Assembly (NCBI GenBank): GCA_000320545.1
Contig: ADNK01001131.1
Location: forward strand, 53,961-117,960
Length of the DNA stretch: 64,000 nt
Source of the DNA: Bigelowiella natans CCMP2755
Lineage: Eukaryota; Protista; Cercozoa
Reading direction: 5' to 3'
This document shows, piece after piece, positions 53,157 to 64,000 of this stretch. Below the pieces are notes generated by a model. It did not search any database, had not been told where the DNA came from, and saw nothing but the letters and a program-made list of their open reading frames with translations. How positions within the stretch are numbered: position 1 is the first letter of the stretch; the number at the start of each line of letters is the position of its first letter. Both the position numbers and the translations under genes were made by a program.

Positions 53157-54896
53157 ATGGGCCAAAAGAATGGCGTCCTCAAGGTTCATTTACTGAGTGC
53201 TGTTGGTGCTCTACATGTCATCGCATGCATTGGGCTTCACCTTATTTTGTGCATTGCAGCACACATATAAATCTGGAGCAACATACGTGGGCGAATTTAA
53301 GAGCGATCTGAGGCATGGAAAGGGAACATATAAGACAACAGAAGGACATTGTTATCAAGGTATTTATTTTCAAATCTTTTTAAGCTCTGTGCCCTTTTCC
53401 GTATCTGATTTTCTCTCCCTGATAGGCGAATGGAAGAACGACCTTCGAGACGGCACGGGAACATTCACATATGTCCAGCCTTCAAAAGACAATCCTCTTG
53501 TGGTAATAGTGAGGAATAATAACATAGGGAAACAAACGTGAGCTACACAACAACAATAATTAGAGTCAATTATTAATGGTTGGTATTTCACAAATTCAGA
53601 GCTCTTGGGCAGGATCATATGAGGTGGGATCGATGCTATGTTATTCACTTTTTGAGACAAACACAGTTTTAAAAGTAATACTGATACATTGTTCCGGCAA
53701 AACATGTGCTACTACAGGGAGAATGGAAAAATAACAAGAAACACGGAAAGGGTGTGTACAAATACCTAAATGGAGACATCTATAGAGGTTAGTTCAATAA
53801 TATGTTATATGAAAACAAACTACTGGGAGACGAAATCAATAAAAGGAGGCATTTGTATTTCTTCTCTGTCATCACTTTTTCTTATCTTAAAAAACAACAG
53901 GGCAGTGGAAGAGTGACAAGAAATCTGGAAAAGGACTCTATAAAATGAGCAACGGGGATACATACAAAGGAGATTTTAAAAACAACATGTTTGATGGTAC
54001 CAACATATTCACTCAATCCAATAAATCTGTCATTTTGAGATTATCTTCCATCATGGCCTAGTGGTCTTGCTTTGTTCCTCGCTCGCTGACTCGCTCAGCT
54101 GCTCGAACAAGGAATGACGTAAAAATAGTTTTCTCAGCAGCTATAACGGCGTTTGCTGCAACTTTATCAGATATTCTAATTTTGTTGGACTATTCATATT
54201 ATCACCCCACACAACCAACACACCTTATCAATACATATTTGCTGGAGCATCATCATCAACCTGCTACGACTCATCACACCACAACAAAATGATTACTTAC
54301 TTACTTACTTCAGGTATCGGAGTCATGGAAAGAGCAGATGGCACCGTTCTGAAGGGAACATGGTACCGTTGTGCTTCCTACAATTGTATACAGCGATTGA
54401 CGCATGATCTCTTCCTAGTTTTCTTCCTTTTTTTTTTTCAGTTGGCTTCTTCAATCTCTCTTCTTCTAATACCTACCAGCGGGTTAATAAAATCAATACC
54501 CCTATATTTAACAGGCTGAAGAACGTGCTGCATGGGAAGGTTATTACGACACTACACGATGGAACGAAATTCGAGGAAATGTGGCACAACGGAAAAAAGA
54601 AAACCAGCAAAGACCTGCGTGAGAAGGAAGAAGGGAAAAGTCCCATGGACTCAGTGGACGATTTAATTAATGGAGTGGGCAGTCAACGAGAACAAGCAAC
54701 TAATAAAATTTTAAGCAAAAGTAAGGGAAATAAGAATACATCTGAGAAGAAAGAGAAGAAAAAAAGAAAGAAACAAAAATTAAAGCAACAAAATAAGAAA
54801 CATACAAGCAACACTAGATACGAAATAGCTCCTCCAGCAAATACTGGGACTGAAGAAAAACTGAATCCAACAGAGATGGTGGACGTTGGGTTGTAA
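53157..54896 (+). CDS. MORN-repeat protein (RSPH1-like), multi-exon; start uncertain
   Basis: Tandem MORN motifs YVGEFKSDLRHGKGTY, YQGEWKNDLRDGTGTF, GEWKNNKKHGKGVYKYLNGDIY, GQWKSDKKSGKGLY and YKGDFKNNMFDG. Confidence 0.85.
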
Positions 54897-56204
54897 CGTA
54901 TGAAAGGAGTGGGGTGGAGAGTGATGAACCGAATAAAAGCTTAGCTTCCTGTACATTCAAAATTTAATGTTGCATCGTTTAACATGTGCAATTCAACACG
55001 CATATGTAACTACTTAATTGATGGTAGCAACTAGGCAATACCGCTTTACTTGATGAATCATGCGAAACTGTGTAGCTATGCTTCAGCATAGCTAGATAGT
55101 GTCATCATGTGGCATGCTAGCATGGATCCCATGCTATAGAGACTAAGTCTCTGTGCGCTAAAGCATGATTGATGTGCTACACATGTGCGTAAATGATGTA
55201 CTACTCTCCATAATGCACATGAAACACCGTCGGCAACGGTCGCGCACATAAATAGTCAAATCGCATCGGCACGTCTAGACGTCCTCACATTCTAGCATTG
55301 GCGCTCTAGAGCTGCACTGCTGACAAGCTAGAGATGGGGGCTGCAACGACATGCGCATTTCCGGCGTGCGTGTGCATGCATGCATGCTAGCATGCGGTGT
55401 GTGTGAATACAAGCATATGTAGCCAGCACATGAGCAACACGATGCACACATCTAGCAGCTAGACATCTAGACGTCTCTAGATCCCTGCTAGATCTATATC
55501 TAGCTAGACATGCTAGCATGCTAGCATGCCTAGCTAGCTATAGATGCACCGCAACGAGTCGTCGATCCATCTTCTGAAACTCTTTGTTAGCGCTGACGGA
55601 CAGCTAGACCTGAGACAGCCTGCTAGCCTGCGTGCGCTGCTACGATGCAAATATGTGAGTTTTGTCAATGCTAGCAAGCTAGCATGCATGCGTAGCATGG
55701 CTAGCTAGCTAGATGGGTGCACAGCTGGAGAACTGTTTCAGTTGTCATCACAACTATGACAAGTTGCATGCGATGCGCATGTCATCACACACTTGCTAGC
55801 TTGATCAAATGAAATGATTGTGCATGTCAGTCGTCACAATGACTCTAGCACTCTGCAAACATGCAACAGATGAAGCAATGTGCTAGCATGATGCGTGCAT
55901 GTGTGCATGTGACATGCACGCTAGCACGCATGATCTAGTGATGTCACGTGTGTCATATGACACACATTGTGTGCATGCATGCATGCATGCATGCATGCAT
56001 GCATTGAATGATGAACAACTCTAGAACTGACGGCCATTGTCATGGACCACAACGACGAAACGAAACGCCTTGCAAATAGAAAAACAGAGCGCGCACTGCT
56101 GCATGCAAAGCTATAGCACAACATGGCCGACCAATTTGTGTCAATTTGCAATGCCTTTGTTCAAATGCATGCAACACGTTAGCGCATGTCTAGATGTGAC
56201 ACAA

Positions 56205-56548
56205 GAAACAAACAGACACAACTTGAGCGCTGTAGCCGCTCTTGCTCTGCATGGCTAGATAGTTCAGAGCTACGCACATCACAGGACAGATCACCATCAT
56301 TTCAAAAAATTCAAACATTTCATCACATCCGTCTCTGCTAGGTCTATCAGCTATCTCATGCACAGCGCTCTAGTTGCATCTGTTTGTTTCTTTTACATGC
56401 ACAAGACGGATGCACACGTAATGAAATGTTCATTTTTTTTCAATTGTCATCCTAATGCCGCATGTAGTTCTAGTAGTTGTGTGTAGTGCAATGCACTAGT
56501 ACAGCTGTGGATAGCAGCTACAGCGCTCAAGTTGTGTCTGTTTGTTTC
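56205..56548. mobile_element. Inverted pair of the dispersed repeat (copies F/G) with perfect 32-bp outer arms; MITE/foldback-like
   Basis: gaaacaaacagacacaacttgagcgctgtagc (56205-56236) and its exact reverse complement (56517-56548). Inner ends are catccgtct/agacggatg. Further partial copies lie at 56629-56702. Confidence 0.7.
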
Positions 56549-57306
56549 CTTTGTTAACTGTGCTAGTGTGTACGCGCACATGTGCACATGTGCACACGCC
56601 ATGCGATGCACATGCATGCATGTGACGAAAAAATTAAACATTTCGATAATTACATCCGTCTCATACACTAGTACATAACTAGATAACTAGATAAGACGGA
56701 TGTTGCATACTGACACACATGTGTATATCAACATGTATGTACACATCAGATAAATACATGTCACAGATGTCCATTATCATCTCTAGCACTGTCTAGCTGT
56801 GTTATTGGCAACTTGGTCTACATTAGTATATGCTAGCATGTAGTGGTGTCTCTACATGTCACACATACTGGAATGTGCTGGTGCATGCATGTAGAGTCCA
56901 TCTCTGGGAGCATGAAAAGTGATTGAGCACCGTCTAAACATTCATCACACGCACGATCATATGATTCTCAGGGCTGTGTTAATCATTTAGTTACATATGT
57001 ACACATATGATAGGACTAGAGGATGGGATTCGATCCTGAAGTTCATCTGTATTAAGAATTTCCATGTAGCAATGTGGACTACATCATAGGGTTCTCGAGC
57101 TTGTCATTCTGACGTTCCATGAGAAATTTATGTACAAAAGTGCGATCTGCGATCTACATTTGATATATCTTCACATCTGTTAGTTAACTGAATCCAAGAT
57201 GACTATTTAACTAAAATATTGAGCTGGAATGAGGTGGGAAAATGACTGTCTGAGCCTTAAAGTTAGAATATACGTATTTCTTCATAGGTCCTCAAATTAC
57301 AAGTTC

Positions 57307-57954
57307 TCACAAGTTCTCTCTTTTTGTTTGTTTGCTTTTGTTCCCCAATATCGTCTCGCTCGGAGAGGATGTAAGGGCGATCTTTCTTTTCCTGCTTCTC
57401 TTCGCGAAATCAACGTTGTGTTCCAGCCTGTCCGTTAGTAGGGGTATCGATTCCGTTTTAATTTCGAATGGCTGCTTCACATGAAGGAGACGGGCTGCTG
57501 ACCACCCAACAATCGCATTTTGGCTATCATGGATGAAGGATGACAAAACCTTCTTGCTTTTTAAATTCGTTGTTCTATCTGTATAATTAGTGCGATTCAA
57601 ATCTTGCATGAACGATAGAATCGTCAGTGGCTGAAGGCGGAATACAACTTGGTTAATTTGCAGAGGTAGGCGCACGTTAGTGGTATCCTGTGCTTTCATA
57701 TTTACAGGTGTGGTTGTTTCTGCTGAATCCCTTCGAGCTAATGTCTCCATAACTTGGTGTTCACGTGTTTTGTCGCACACAAGCTCAGTCGTCGAGGTAG
57801 TAATTATAGACTTTTTTTGTTGCATGGTGATATCCTTAATTCTCAAACCTTGTTTTCTGGTGGAGTTTGTATGCTGCCTCCTCTCTTTCTTGTTCGGCCG
57901 CTGCAACCCACGGGCGAAACTTTTTAGGTTTTCAGTTTGGCCGGTGATTTCTCC
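57307..57954 (-). CDS. Hypothetical protein exon (216 codons open from an AG acceptor); gene limits unresolved
   Basis: Long non-repetitive open frame GEITGQTENLKSFARGLQRPNKK..KRENL. No recognisable motif. Confidence 0.45.
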   Translation of the reverse strand, partial: GEITGQTENLKSFARGLQRPNKKERRQHTNSTRKQGLRIKDITMQQKKSIITTSTTELVCDKTREHQVMETLARRDSAETTTPVNMKAQDTTNVRLPLQINQVVFRLQPLTILSFMQDLNRTNYTDRTTNLKSKKVLSSFIHDSQNAIVGWSAARLLHVKQPFEIKTESIPLLTDRLEHNVDFAKRSRKRKIALTSSPSETILGNKSKQTKRENL

Positions 57955-59492
57955 CTATCCGAAAGTGATCCTCGTAGAGCTCTGTTTTCAAAGTATTCGC
58001 GGAATCTTCTTCGAGGACTTGTAGTGCCATAACACGGCTTCAAGGCAAATATAGATGGGACTGCACTGCAATCTGACACACAATCGAGCGACCATGAGTT
58101 CATGAAACAATTGTAGAATTGCCCAAACATATGAAACTTGCAACCTCGGCGCACAGTAGAAATAGAATATTAATAGCGAAATCACATTATCCGCATAGAA
58201 TGTACAAGCAGACGAACGTAAGATCTCACGATTCGCAGAGGTTACAGTCACGTACATAAGAAATTGATCATTTTCTCAGACCAAAAAAGGAAGATATCTT
58301 ACTATAGAAATTTGGAAAAACTTCTTACCGAAATAAACATGATGATTGTTTGATAAAAAAGTTAGGGGGGGGTGTTAGAGGCGACCGCTTGAGGGGCTCT
58401 GCAGAGGGGTACGAGATATTAAAAATAACTTTTCAGGAAAATACTGCTTACTTTAATTCGGGCATATTTTCATAGAAATGAATACATTTATAAGTCGTAC
58501 ATTAATATTTCCGAAGATTATTTTCAAGTTTCGCAAACAATGTTAATGCTTGTGGTGGAATGTAAGAAAAAAACGTTTTATATTAGAGTTTTGTAAATTT
58601 AGTCGACAGTCAAAGGTGAATCTTAAAGACTTATTGTTGTATCTGATCATAGATGATCTGAATATATTTGCTCAGAGTGCGACGAAGGAAGTGTATGTGT
58701 TTACTACTGCTCATTCTGTGTCATGCGAATCCAAATTAATTTGTCGCCAGAGCTTTCTGGGTTTTCCATTCAATCAAGTCGTACTCTAGTAGATGAAATG
58801 ACATAGGTTTCCTACTCGTACTCGTAGGGTTTCCCCTAGATCTAATTACCGGTAATTAAAAAAGGGAAAACCTGTCGGTCTTCATGTCTTCATGACAAGT
58901 TTTCCCAAAATTGGTTTTGGAGGCACAGTTGGATTTCCATTTTTTCAAAATGACAGAAATTGCTAACGCATTATCTAGATCTAAGATATGGCACCGAATA
59001 ATTCTTAGCCCATCATCATAATGACAGTGGCGACTATAACTTGATGAAGCTGACTACTTTCTTGCAGGTTTGTGCTTGTTATGTTTTAGTAGGATGTTTT
59101 CCCAATGTGCTGCTGCAGGCGGCTCAGAGAGAAGTCGTCTATCATTAGGATAAGGAGAATTTACCTAATGTACTACGACGAGTGAGTGAGTGAGAGTGAG
59201 AGAGTTAAGTTGAGTTAAGTTTCTTCCTACTAGATCAACTCAACACCATTACGAGGAGATCTATTCCAAGACTATTATTTATCATACAGGAGGAGGAGGA
59301 GGATCATGAAAGAACAAGATCAGAGCTCTGAGCATTAGTTGTTGCCTGAGCAAACCATGAGTTGACAGACTTCTGGCTGCTCAAAGCTGCCACCAATCCT
59401 TCTCAATAGGTAGTGCGGATCCATTCGAACATGTAATTTTAGAGTATTTCTCGATGATCTTTTGTTGGTAGATTCTTGGTAAAGACTGGATA

Positions 59493-61362
59493 ATGGGGCT
59501 GAAGTATAGTACTGGGGCTGGGGTAGCGGGTCTGCGTAATCTAGGGAGCACCTGCTACATGAACACGGCTTTGCAAAGTCTGTTTCACACTCCCCTTCTC
59601 AAAGAATCATTGGAGAATCACGAAAGCCGTCTCCAAGAGTCAGGAAAGGTTTTTTAAAAACGCATTGTATTTCGACACCTTAGTGATGATAATTCAGAGC
59701 TCCGTGGAAGACAAGCGTCTCGTGAAACTTCTTGCACAATACATGACAATCGTCTGGGACGAGCGAAACAAGCGGCGTACAATTGACACCATGGAAATGA
59801 AAAAGGTGGTGGGAAAAAAAGAAGTAAAGAAGTTTGTTGTGATTGATGTTAATCATCTCATGCCATTCGACATTTCTCTTTTTAAGATATTGGATACACT
59901 GGATCCTCGATTTAAAGGGCGCTACACAATGCACGATGCATTTGAGTTTCTCGTCGATGTTTTGTCAAAGCAATTGCATGATCAAATGAAGACGTTTCCA
60001 AGCGGTTCAGAGACTCTCAGATCCAAGGTAAACAACTGGAACATAGCTCTGATAATCTATCATGACCACCACCATCCTCTCCCCGCATCATTCTATTAAA
60101 TAGCCCATTACAAATTTAGAAAACTTTCTATTAATAACACTTAGACTTTCGTTATGATAAGCGACACATCTGAGCCTCTCGAGCAGTTGAAGCTGAGAAA
60201 TCTAAGCAATCAAGTTTGGAAATGCCTTATGGCCCGCCATGGACATTCCTTCTTTACTGATCATACTTGGGGACAATACAAGAGGGATACAATATGCCAT
60301 GGTTGTAGGAAGCGAGTCGTAGATTTTCCATTCTTTCGATTCCTCCAACTATCGCTACCTGAAGGGGGAGGGGATGAAAATAACTCATCTAGATCACTCG
60401 GTGTCAGTAGCATAGGTAGTACCAACAGTACGTACAATAGACGTGAGGTAAACGACAAAGATGGTAAACAAGTTGATTTGAAGTATCTCCTTCGGCATCA
60501 CGTGGTACAAGTAAAACGTAAAAAATGGAATTGTCCCAACTGCGGGTCAATAGCTGAGCCTGTGGCAACGACACAGACAATCTGGAAAATTCCCGATGTT
60601 TTGCACATTCGACTGTGCAGGGTGAAGCAATTAGAGAATAAGATCTACCTTAAGCTCAACACAAGTGTCTGTTACCCGACAGAATTAGATATTAGCAGAG
60701 TATTGCTTCAAGAGTGTCTAGCTAGGGGGGGGGATGGTGGTAAGATCCGGGACGAAAATGGCAAACATAGTGATATAAAAAGTAACACTAAAGCTATTAG
60801 AAAGCATGAGGACCCTACTAAATCTGATCTCTTATCGCAGTTGGTAGGGCATGGTAGTTGTAACATGCACGGGTCTGGTTCAAATTGTGTCATTAAAAAT
60901 AATAATAAGTCTGCTGCTTCTGCTACTGCAGCAGCAGATAAGGGGAATGGTAGTGCAACGTTAGCATTAAATAAAATCAAAGCTAGTAGTAGTAGTATTT
61001 GTAGTAGTAGGAGTAGTAATAGGAGTAGTAGTAGCGCTGCAGCACCAGAAGCAGTAGGCTCACTGGGTAATAGTAGGAGTAGGAGTAGTCCGTATTATTC
61101 TCTCTTTTCAATAATTTCACATCGGAGCAACTCAGCAGAGAGGGGACATTACGTGGCACATATTCGGAACCGCCACAATGGCAATTGGTACACACACAAT
61201 GATAAACATGTACGTGTAAAAACAAATCTAGATGACACGTACAAAGAAGTCTACGTTCTCTGCTATGCACGTAAAGAATTATTTCCAGATTTGAATGACA
61301 GGCGAAGAAATGAGGAGTCGCCTCCAACGATAAAGGATGATAATGTTGGTTGTCTGTTCTAA
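59493..61362 (+). CDS. Ubiquitin-specific protease (peptidase C19)
   Basis: Cys box GLRNLGSTCYMNTALQSL, HDAFEFL, zinc ribbon CHGC/CPNC, IWKIPDVLHIRL.R, and His box YSLFSIISH..GHYVAHIRN..WYTHNDKHV..YVLCY. Confidence 0.92.
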
Positions 61363-62772
61363 GACAAGCGCAATCTGCAACTTGATTAACCTAAGTCTAT
61401 ATTACTACCTTCAATCGACCACGAACATCCTTATCCTATACGCATGGTCGTCACCTCGACATCAAGAAATCTATTGTAAATTGCATGGGATACAACAACA
61501 CGTTGTTCATGCACATGTCTAGATGTACATGCACATGTGTCTGCAACGTGACATTCATTGTGTTGTCGATCTGAGATGCTTGCGGTCTGCATGTTGTAGC
61601 TAGCATGAGCTAATGCATGTCGTGTTTATAGATCATGATAGCTGCTCATGCTATGTCTAGTATGTGTCTGCACTGCGGCTCCAGCATGTGACGTCCATGC
61701 GCATGTGTTTCGTACGTGCACAGGTACATGATCAACTTGCTTTCCATGGAACATACACATATGCTAGATGTGGCCTCGCGTGCAGCGACGAATACATGAA
61801 ACATTTCTTTTAGCGCATGTAGGCTTACGGCCAGCCATGCTAGCATGCATGCATTTGCACATTTGTTAACCTAATCAGACCTGTTTACACGTTGTAACGG
61901 CCATGCGCTACATGGCACGTGCACCTGTGTGTGTTGGGCGATGTCACACATCTAGCACAGACATGTCTAGATGCGGCCATGTTCTGTGTGTGGTGGCGCC
62001 TGCTTGCTTGCTACGCTTAGTTTGCTGTGCGCTGTGCTAGCTAGCTAGCCATGCCTGCTTGTGCGCTCGACTTCAATGCTCTAGCATTTGCACGTCTACA
62101 CATCTGTACACGTGTGCATATGTGCTTATGATTGAGTACATCAACAACCATCAGACCGAGACACGAAGCAGAGCTCAGCTAAGCAGTGGTGGGTCCAGCA
62201 ACCTCTAGACCCTTGAATTTGTTGTCTAGCAGGTTGTTAGCTTGTCTGTTTAGCTAGCGCCTGTTACAGCTAGGAATGCCATGCATGCAATGCAGCGCAT
62301 GCTTTATTGTCATTGAATGCAATCGAATTGAACCGCGTAGGATCATTTGTCATTGCCATGCGCACTGAAGTGCAGCTGTCGTCTAGCTAGCCAGACGCTA
62401 GCTATGTCGGTCATCCGTAGACGGCATGTGCATGATGCAACAACAAGTATGCGTGCAGAAGGCTGATGATGCGCATCAGCTACGATCTAGACGATCAGCA
62501 CTGAGTAATGGAAGCTACTGCCGTCATCGACATAATTTGTTGCTTATGGTGCCCTGTTTGTGATACGCGAGCATGCGCATGCATGCAGCATCTGGAATAT
62601 ATAGCGGCTGTAATTACAACAGCCAGACACTTCGACTGATGGCCTTATGATGATGAATAATGATGTTGCAGATACAACCTATCAATAGGCATGATGGCGT
62701 GCATTAGCGTTGATGTCCATGTAGAATGGATTTACATGGTCAAGAACAGCTATTTTTGTGGGTTTGATGTTC

Positions 62773-63483
62773 TTATTTTGAAGTTTTCTGCTTCTTAACA
62801 GCAGTACCACCAGCCTTAACGTTCAAGCCTAAACTTTGAGCGTGGGCCTGCAATAGATCAAATGTGGGATAGAATCAGTTTTCGGTGTATTTATCCATAC
62901 AACAAAAAGATGATTTAAAGACTGCATTATATTATAACTACCCAGAATGTGGGATATGTTTTGTTGACGCAAGATTTCTCTGTGATAGCAATGCCAGGCA
63001 TTGCAGCACCAACAACCTATAAATGTTGCCAGGAGATGTGATAAGTATAATCATATGAAAATGAAGGAGGGTATTTCCAAATGCTACTATTTCTATGGCC
63101 ATCATCATTAATGCAGTAGATCATAAATAATGACTGTCACCAAGTTATCAAATACATCATCATTAACCGTGATCATCATCATTATTATACCGCAAAAGAC
63201 ATTGCCAGACGATGATCGTCACGAGGATCGATGAATACAATTCTGGAAGAAATTATGGTGATAATCACTGTACTAAAGGAGGGGAAAGATGTTTTCTCAT
63301 CATCATCATCATCATTATCATCAACAACATCGGGAGGTGAGGGTTAAGTAAGTTACTTGTCCTTTGAGCGATTACGAAGAGCAGGATTTCCTGTAATCTC
63401 AATACCCGTCTCAAGTTCTTTACATTTCACTTCCAGTTTGGTTAGTTCCTGTTTGTTATTATTACTAATAAACGTACTGCTGA

Positions 63484-63516
<33 letters not shown>

Positions 63517-63793
63517 AAGTGCCTTGTCCCCCATCAAATTATAAAAGACGGACAGGAGGATTACAACAAGGCTGCTACATGTTCTGGGGGATTCCAAAAC
63601 AAAGAAAATGCATGCGATTCCATCAATAATATTGATATGTTAAAAGTAGATTATATCTTGAAACCATAGTAGCAATATGATAGCTATAGCACCACATGAC
63701 GATACAGTTATCGACTTGGTGAAAGAAGTTATTACTAATCAAAGGAAAGCAGCATATACGGATGAAATGATTTCTATCAAATAGTAGCTGTTG

Positions 63794-63826
<33 letters not shown>

Positions 63827-63912
63827 AACAACCTGAACCATTGCTTCGATTCTATTACATTCCTTCCAAACGATAATATCACGAAAGATTCATCGCATCA
63901 ACACAATCAAAC

Positions 63913-63947
<35 letters not shown>

Positions 63948-64000
63948 GCATCATCATCATCATCATCATCATCATCACTGAATAAATAAAATTGACGGAA
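62773..64000 (-). CDS. aroA: EPSP synthase (AroA) domain, 3' exons only; gene continues beyond the window
   Basis: Spliced exons ECNRIEAMVQ|ELTKLEVKCKELETGIEITG..|..IDPRDDHRLAMSFA|VVG..GIAITEKSCVNKTYPTFW|AHAQSLGLNV..TSK*. Confidence 0.88.

Noticed and set aside
59530-59570. USP Cys box GSTC instead of GNTC, suggesting a dead enzyme
   Set aside because: The catalytic Cys, His and Asn/Asp and the upstream oxyanion Asn (RNLG) are all present.
344-63985. Numerous short ORF-track entries with poly-H/L/V/M/YI/SL runs
   Set aside because: They are translations of intronic microsatellites or antisense frames of real exons.

Overview
A gene-dense, intron-rich eukaryotic nuclear region with GT-AG introns, many of them packed with microsatellites. 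Two proteins carry signal-peptide plus transit-peptide-like presequences and two look flagellar, which fits a flagellated alga with a complex plastid (chlorarachniophyte-like; this is inference). I hand-spliced 16 protein genes: COG5 (3' part), CWC25, a 4x CX9C NDUFA8-like protein, a PPR protein, VPS34, SEH1, an aldo-keto reductase, an SDT1-like HAD nucleotidase, ALKBH1, a CCCH-RRM-SAC3/GANP protein, EXO1, a SHIPPO/PGP-repeat protein, a MORN protein, a hypothetical protein, a USP deubiquitinase and the 3' part of an EPSP synthase. They are mostly arranged as head-to-head pairs. The most striking non-coding signal is a ~185-bp phased array of about 30 alternating nGAAn/nTTCn pentamers (a giant heat-shock-element-like array, 39225-39409). 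It lies in a CpG-rich island ~1 kb upstream of ALKBH1, and the same island holds a box C/D snoRNA with an LSU rRNA guide. Other highlights: a ~100-130-bp dispersed repeat forming inverted pairs, seen only between convergent genes; CpG-decay-like (CTAG/CATG/TGCA) intergenic tracts; a putatively plastid-targeted AKR that has lost all four catalytic residues; a triplication of the ALKBH1 HxD exon end with its splice donor; a ~300-aa insertion in the VPS34 kinase domain; and an AROM-type EPSPS that stops without a downstream shikimate kinase. Exon boundaries and family calls come from manual reading and motif recall, not database searches.
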